A program made the translations under genes and the position numbers. The notes beneath the pieces were generated by a model that was given only the letters and a program-made list of their open reading frames with translations, was not told the DNA's origin and did no database searches. From positions 1 to 64,000 of IMG/VR virus record IMGVR_UViG_3300037067_019009: 64,000 bases of DNA; one strand, 5' to 3'. The DNA is from a virus (Duplodnaviria; Caudoviricetes). Of the stretch, positions 59,854-64,000 are shown piece after piece; the stretch's first letter is position 1; the number at the start of each line of letters is the position of its first letter.

Positions 59854-60281
59854 TCTATCTGCGCCATAGGATCTAGCGACGTTATAAGACTTACTATATC
59901 AGGCGCATCTGATTTAGCATAAGCAAAGAGAGAGTTTAAACACTCCTCCTTGGACTGTCTACCAAAGCTATGCCTGAATACCACATCGGCCATCAACCGC
60001 TGAGCAAACTTTATCAGAGCTTCCTTATTCCAGCCCTGAGGCAGCTCAGTCCTCAGCTCTCTTACCGTCCCGGTACTTCTTACTAGCCCATTAGCAGTAC
60101 AGTTATGTGACTTACCTACCTCATCATTTAGAGGCTCGTAACAGTTGTCACAGTAGGTTGTATACCCCTGATCCAGCAGCATATTTATACTAGGCTGATA
60201 ATCGTCCTCGTCGATGAACAAATCACTACCAAAACTGTCCAAGTTCCACTTCCTCCAATAAGTATTTGGGCGAACATTCAC
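59805..60281 (-). CDS. Hypothetical protein
   Basis: CDNC...HNC motif. Confidence 0.5.
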   Translation of the reverse strand: MNVRPNTYWRKWNLDSFGSDLFIDEDDYQPSINMLLDQGYTTYCDNCYEPLNDEVGKSHNCTANGLVRSTGTVRELRTELPQGWNKEALIKFAQRLMADVVFRHSFGRQSKEECLNSLFAYAKSDAPDIVSLITSLDPMAQIECLKDHIESRTRIALR

Positions 60282-60305
60282 AGAAGACTGGCCAGTTTGA
60301 CTGTG

Positions 60306-60977
60306 CTACTTACTCTTTAGTAGCGACTCATTATCGTCAATATCATTAGCGACATTACTCAAGAACGAAGAGGCGGCCGATGATATCGCGGAGTACGCAT
60401 CATCTAGTCCACTTCTACTGGGTATAAAGTTTCTTGTATTGAATGATGAGAATCCATAGGTCTTAGTGGCGCTTGCTATGCTCTCCTCACTAGTCCCTAG
60501 GTAGCAGAACGTCCACCTACCAGACTCTTTACACGCGCTTATCTTCCTCTTAAGTTTCTCCTCTGGGGTTGTTGAGTAATTCTCGGCGCCATCCGTCAGA
60601 GTTACGACTAGTGCTTTGGAGTCTTCGCTAGTCATAGACTCCTCAATAGTCGAGATCGCTAGCATCATACCGTCTCTTAGAGCCGTCATACCGCTTGGGT
60701 CATAGTCCTTTGAGTTGACAGGATCTAAGTTGCTTACCGGCTCGTTAGCAAATACTACTTTCGCGTGGTTAGAGAACACTATTAGCGTTACATAGGTGTC
60801 TACTCCAGTACTCTTAGCGTCTTTCTGTATCTGCTGCAGCTGCTCGTTATAATTTGAAATTGTAGTTTCCCGAAGTGGATACATAGATCCACTCTCATCT
60901 AACACTAAAGCGATGTACGCTTTCTTATCCCCGTGTTTCCTCACTCTTTGGGACTTTAGTCCTGCTCTTTCTCTCAT
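60306..60977 (-). CDS. von Willebrand factor A domain protein
   Basis: MIDAS LVLDESGSM, GMTALRD, LTDGAEN. Confidence 0.85.
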   Translation of the reverse strand: MRERAGLKSQRVRKHGDKKAYIALVLDESGSMYPLRETTISNYNEQLQQIQKDAKSTGVDTYVTLIVFSNHAKVVFANEPVSNLDPVNSKDYDPSGMTALRDGMMLAISTIEESMTSEDSKALVVTLTDGAENYSTTPEEKLKRKISACKESGRWTFCYLGTSEESIASATKTYGFSSFNTRNFIPSRSGLDDAYSAISSAASSFLSNVANDIDDNESLLKSK

Positions 60978-61051
60978 CTTATGCTTCCTTTATCTCCTTT
61001 AGCTTTCTCTGGTCTTTGAAGACCTCTGTACAATCTTTAATCGTGATATAT

Positions 61052-61765
61052 CTAATCCTCATCCTCTGGAGAGCCATAAATACGTCTCAATCCTTCATTG
61101 ATGATCAGTCTATCATAGTCGCAATACTGTTCATCGCAATAGATCAACTGCCTGAGTATTTTAACATACTCATCATTAGGTATTTCGATTAGATACCGCT
61201 TGATTGCTTCTTCTGAAGCAAGCACCATCTCTTGTCTAATATCCTCTAATGCCATATATCTACCCCCCCCCATCGCCCAGCTTTGAGGCTTAGCATAGAG
61301 TGCAATCATAAACACATCATCCATTGGGGGCCACTCTAGGGTTATCCCTGCGTTTAGGCAAGTCTTGGTTACATCCACTCCCATCGCTTCAGGGACAAAA
61401 ATTAGATGCTGCTCTTGCGGATTGCAGAATGCTAAAGCCTTCGCATGAAATATTTTACGGAAATAGCCTTGCCAATATATTGGATTCCGACATTGACGAT
61501 CATTCCATTCAGGGTGACGGCCCTTCATCATTTTCCTATAGTGCCCAAAGTCAATCCAAAGTGACACTATATGCGCTTCAGACTCATAAAGGTGATGAAA
61601 TAATGCCACACGTGGAGGACAATCCGATTTCTTTCCATAATTCGGGCAACCCCGGGGATGCCCTGGATATGGGAGACAACAATATGTCTGTATAGATTGA
61701 TCTACTTCCACGGTAACTATACCTGATATGTTGAATTCTCTACTTATATTGTCTAGCGCTGTCAT
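61052..61765 (-). CDS. DUF2284-like metal-binding protein fused through a G9 tract to a small helical domain
   Basis: GCPNYGKKSDCPP, PEAMGVDV. Confidence 0.65.
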   Translation of the reverse strand: MTALDNISREFNISGIVTVEVDQSIQTYCCLPYPGHPRGCPNYGKKSDCPPRVALFHHLYESEAHIVSLWIDFGHYRKMMKGRHPEWNDRQCRNPIYWQGYFRKIFHAKALAFCNPQEQHLIFVPEAMGVDVTKTCLNAGITLEWPPMDDVFMIALYAKPQSWAMGGGRYMALEDIRQEMVLASEEAIKRYLIEIPNDEYVKILRQLIYCDEQYCDYDRLIINEGLRRIYGSPEDED

Positions 61766-61786
61766 TGTAATGCTCTTCTAACTGAA

Positions 61787-62458
61787 CTATGCATCCTCTA
61801 CAGGCCGAGCAAGGATAAACGAGCCTCGACAATGAGGACAGGATGAATACCGGTCGTCGTAAAGTCTCTGTTTGCAGAAAGGACAATAAAAATCGCCATA
61901 AAAATCATTCAACTCATCTAACGCTCTCCAAAGATTAAGGAATATTGCTGTGTTAAATTCCTTTCGGAATCCAGGGTATTCTTGCTTGTATTTCTTATAC
62001 ATGCTTGAACCTTCGTCCAGCGAGAATTTAGTATTGGAATATCGGTCGCACATTTTGGCAAATACAGCCAAGGCGTTTTCCCTGGTTTTAGGATATGTCT
62101 TTTCAGCTCGTTCCTTTCGATTTTTGCCAAGCTCATTCGAGAGAGCGTAAACGATATCAGCGACTTCAACACCAAATTCAGTCTTAATATCGTTATACGT
62201 ACGATCGGTATCCTCAATAACATCATGCAGCCAAATGGCGGCAAGAACAATTTCCCGCTCTTCCTCACGAATTAGGTGGATATACTTTTCAGCTACCAGA
62301 GCAACCTTGATTAAGTGAACAACATAAGGATAGTCGCCATATTTAGCATGCTCATGACACCTTATGGCGTATACCATCGCTCTATCAACTAGACTCATCA
62401 TCATTATCCCCTGTATACCACTTTCCGACGGAGCATTAATTATATTCTTGGCAGACAT
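61787..62458 (-). CDS. HD-domain hydrolase of the RelA/SpoT (small alarmone hydrolase/Mesh1-like) type
   Basis: PYVVHL..VA, AIWLHDVIEDT, EFGVEVADIV..LS, KMCDR..N. Confidence 0.8.
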   Translation of the reverse strand: MSAKNIINAPSESGIQGIMMMSLVDRAMVYAIRCHEHAKYGDYPYVVHLIKVALVAEKYIHLIREEEREIVLAAIWLHDVIEDTDRTYNDIKTEFGVEVADIVYALSNELGKNRKERAEKTYPKTRENALAVFAKMCDRYSNTKFSLDEGSSMYKKYKQEYPGFRKEFNTAIFLNLWRALDELNDFYGDFYCPFCKQRLYDDRYSSCPHCRGSFILARPVEDA

Positions 62459-62714
62459 AAGTGATAATTCCTCTCTCTATCGGCCAGCTGCCCTCAAGAT
62501 AAAGATCAGCATTTACTTTTTCCTGATGATCTTCAGTGAAACTCCACCTATCCCCACTTTCCATTTCCTTTTTAACGAGAATTCTCCCATCTTCTTCAGT
62601 TTCTGCAATTACGAAGAAATTATCCACATCCCAATATTCACTATGCGAAAAATGAAAAACAAACATCTTTTCTCCTAAAACGAAACAGGTCAGTTTCCCC
62701 AGCTGACACCACAC
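62436..62714 (-). CDS. Small acidic hypothetical protein (start probably at MFVF)
   Basis: FVIAETEEDG motif; AGGAG SD before the internal ATG. Confidence 0.5.
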   Translation of the reverse strand: MWCQLGKLTCFVLGEKMFVFHFSHSEYWDVDNFFVIAETEEDGRILVKKEMESGDRWSFTEDHQEKVNADLYLEGSWPIERGIITYVCQEYN

Positions 62715-62874
62715 CTAGCTCCACTACCCATTCCAGAACCATCGAGCAAGTCTGGTGGGAATATGGCTAACACGCCTCTGGCATTGCTCATGCCACTGCT
62801 TCGTTATCCTGGTTTACATATTGGAATCCAAGGTATTCTTGATATGGCTTACACCATCACCCCATCAATTAGTT

Positions 62875-62952
62875 TGGTCTGGGTGGGAGGATTCAAACCT
62901 CCGGCATCCTGGTTCCAGGCCAGGAACTCTGATCAGGCTGAGCTACACCCAG
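62875..62952 (-). tRNA. tRNA-Pro(UGG), atypical
   Basis: CTGGGTG/CACCCAG acceptor stem, A73 and encoded CCA; D stem GCTC/GAGT; anticodon stem CCTGG/CCAGG with loop CC-TGG-AA; T stem GGAGG/CCTCC. Confidence 0.88.
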
Positions 62953-62961
62953 AAATCGAAA

Positions 62962-63114
62962 TCAGCTTCTATATATGCTAGATAACTCCCCATATTCAGT
63001 TATAATTCCAGCGGCTTGCAGCAAACGCAGCGCTTTGTCATGATCGTTAGCCACAGCCTCTTTAATAGTTAGCAACCTTTTCTTTAAAAGCTTCAACTCT
63101 TTCTCTGAACACAT
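62962..63114 (-). CDS. 50-aa hypothetical protein (not in ORF track)
   Basis: MCSEKELKLL...; SD GAGGT. Confidence 0.45.
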   Translation of the reverse strand: MCSEKELKLLKKRLLTIKEAVANDHDKALRLLQAAGIITEYGELSSIYRS

Positions 63115-63131
63115 ACGTTACCTCTACGCGG

Positions 63132-63470
63132 CTAACTAATTATCTGTAACCTACGTTTTATTCCAGTAATGCAATCTATTATATAGTAGGCCGCCTCTCT
63201 CAAGCCATAATCCACAGCATCATAGAAATCTTCCCAAGCAAATCGTAGCAACCTTACTGTGTATGACGACCAAGCTATACTACCTGAACCATTACAAAAT
63301 CTGCAAGCAGGCAAGCTAGTAGAATAATAAAACTTACCTTCCTTTACACTCAGAGTAAAGCTGCATGCAGAGTATCCGGTCCCGTCACACGCTGGGCAGT
63401 TACCAACTGGACCTAGATCAGTAACATAATAATTCAACCAATCTGGTATACTAACAGTAGTATAACCCAA
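63132..63470 (-). CDS. DnaJ-type zinc-finger protein
   Basis: CPACDGTG...CRFCNGSG. Confidence 0.6.
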   Translation of the reverse strand: MGYTTVSIPDWLNYYVTDLGPVGNCPACDGTGYSACSFTLSVKEGKFYYSTSLPACRFCNGSGSIAWSSYTVRLLRFAWEDFYDAVDYGLREAAYYIIDCITGIKRRLQIIS

Positions 63471-63548
63471 ATACTTCCCTCCTCTGCCTGTGTAGATATG
63501 CCTTTATCAGTTCGGTAAAGTTTGTCGCACCTGCCTCACGATTCAGCA

Positions 63549-64000
63549 TCACACCCATTTCTTCGCCTCCTTATAACCTTGCAGCTTATGGTTATAATTC
63601 TGCATTTCCAGCTGGATCTTAACGATATCCTTTAGCGCTAGCGCCGGGATCATAGTAGTCCTGAACGTATAAGGTAATCCACCAGAGGCTATTATACCTA
63701 TGCTGCGATGAATCGCGTTCATATCTACAGCTGTTCCGCATGCCTCATTATACTTTCGCTCATCACATAGTGGAGCCTTAATATCCATAGCAATATAAGA
63801 CACAAGGCCATCGGAACAGAGCTCAGAAATGATATCAGGATTACTGCCATTAGTGTCGAGCTTTACTTTAAAGCCTCTCTCCCTCAACACCTTTAGGAAA
63901 GGCATGAGTTCCGGCCGTACGGTAGGCTCTCCCCCAGTTATTACCACATAACATTGATTAGGCGTTCTATCAATGCGGTATTGCAGCACTTCGAGCCAAC
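63549..64000 (-). CDS. nrdG: Radical-SAM anaerobic ribonucleotide reductase activase (3' part; 5' end beyond the window)
   Basis: VITGGEPT, VKLDTNGS.P, YIAMDIKAP, FRTT. Confidence 0.85.
   Translation of the reverse strand, partial: WLEVLQYRIDRTPNQCYVVITGGEPTVRPELMPFLKVLRERGFKVKLDTNGSNPDIISELCSDGLVSYIAMDIKAPLCDERKYNEACGTAVDMNAIHRSIGIIASGGLPYTFRTTMIPALALKDIVKIQLEMQNYNHKLQGYKEAKKWV

Noticed and set aside
62755-62985. + strand ORFs 62755 and 62763
   Set aside because: They overlap the minus-strand tRNA; WSGWEDSNLR is a typical antisense-tRNA translation.

Overview
This is a 64-kb fragment of a large lytic-type dsDNA bacteriophage (probably jumbo-class). It is gene-dense, uses the standard genetic code and has moderate GC. 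The left arm (1-27352, + strand) holds a block of large virion/baseplate/fibre-like genes with Ig-like, NHL, carbohydrate-binding and discoidin-like domains. These are followed by a DnaB helicase with a 134-aa mini-intein, a holin-like plus spanin-like pair, RecU, GroES, a sigma-like protein, and a 2.8-kb fibre/decoration cassette bracketed by a perfect 76-bp direct repeat. A bidirectional hairpin at about 27.4 kb marks the strand switch. The right arm (- strand) encodes DNA polymerase A, UvrD, primase, RecA, a Cas4-like nuclease, HIRAN, UDG, dCMP deaminase, dNMP kinase, a DHH phosphoesterase, GroEL, a GGQ release-factor-like protein, an RNA ligase, an HD (SpoT-like) hydrolase, an atypical tRNA-Pro, the 3' part of nrdG and many small acidic early-type genes. 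The most notable observations are the repeat-bounded excisable/amplifiable virion cassette sharing a C-terminal peptide tag, a candidate one-component spanin with an outer-membrane beta-signal, a groEL patched with high-GC tracts, a non-canonical tRNA-Pro and a split (-1) structural gene. All family assignments come from motif recognition by eye; no searches were run.
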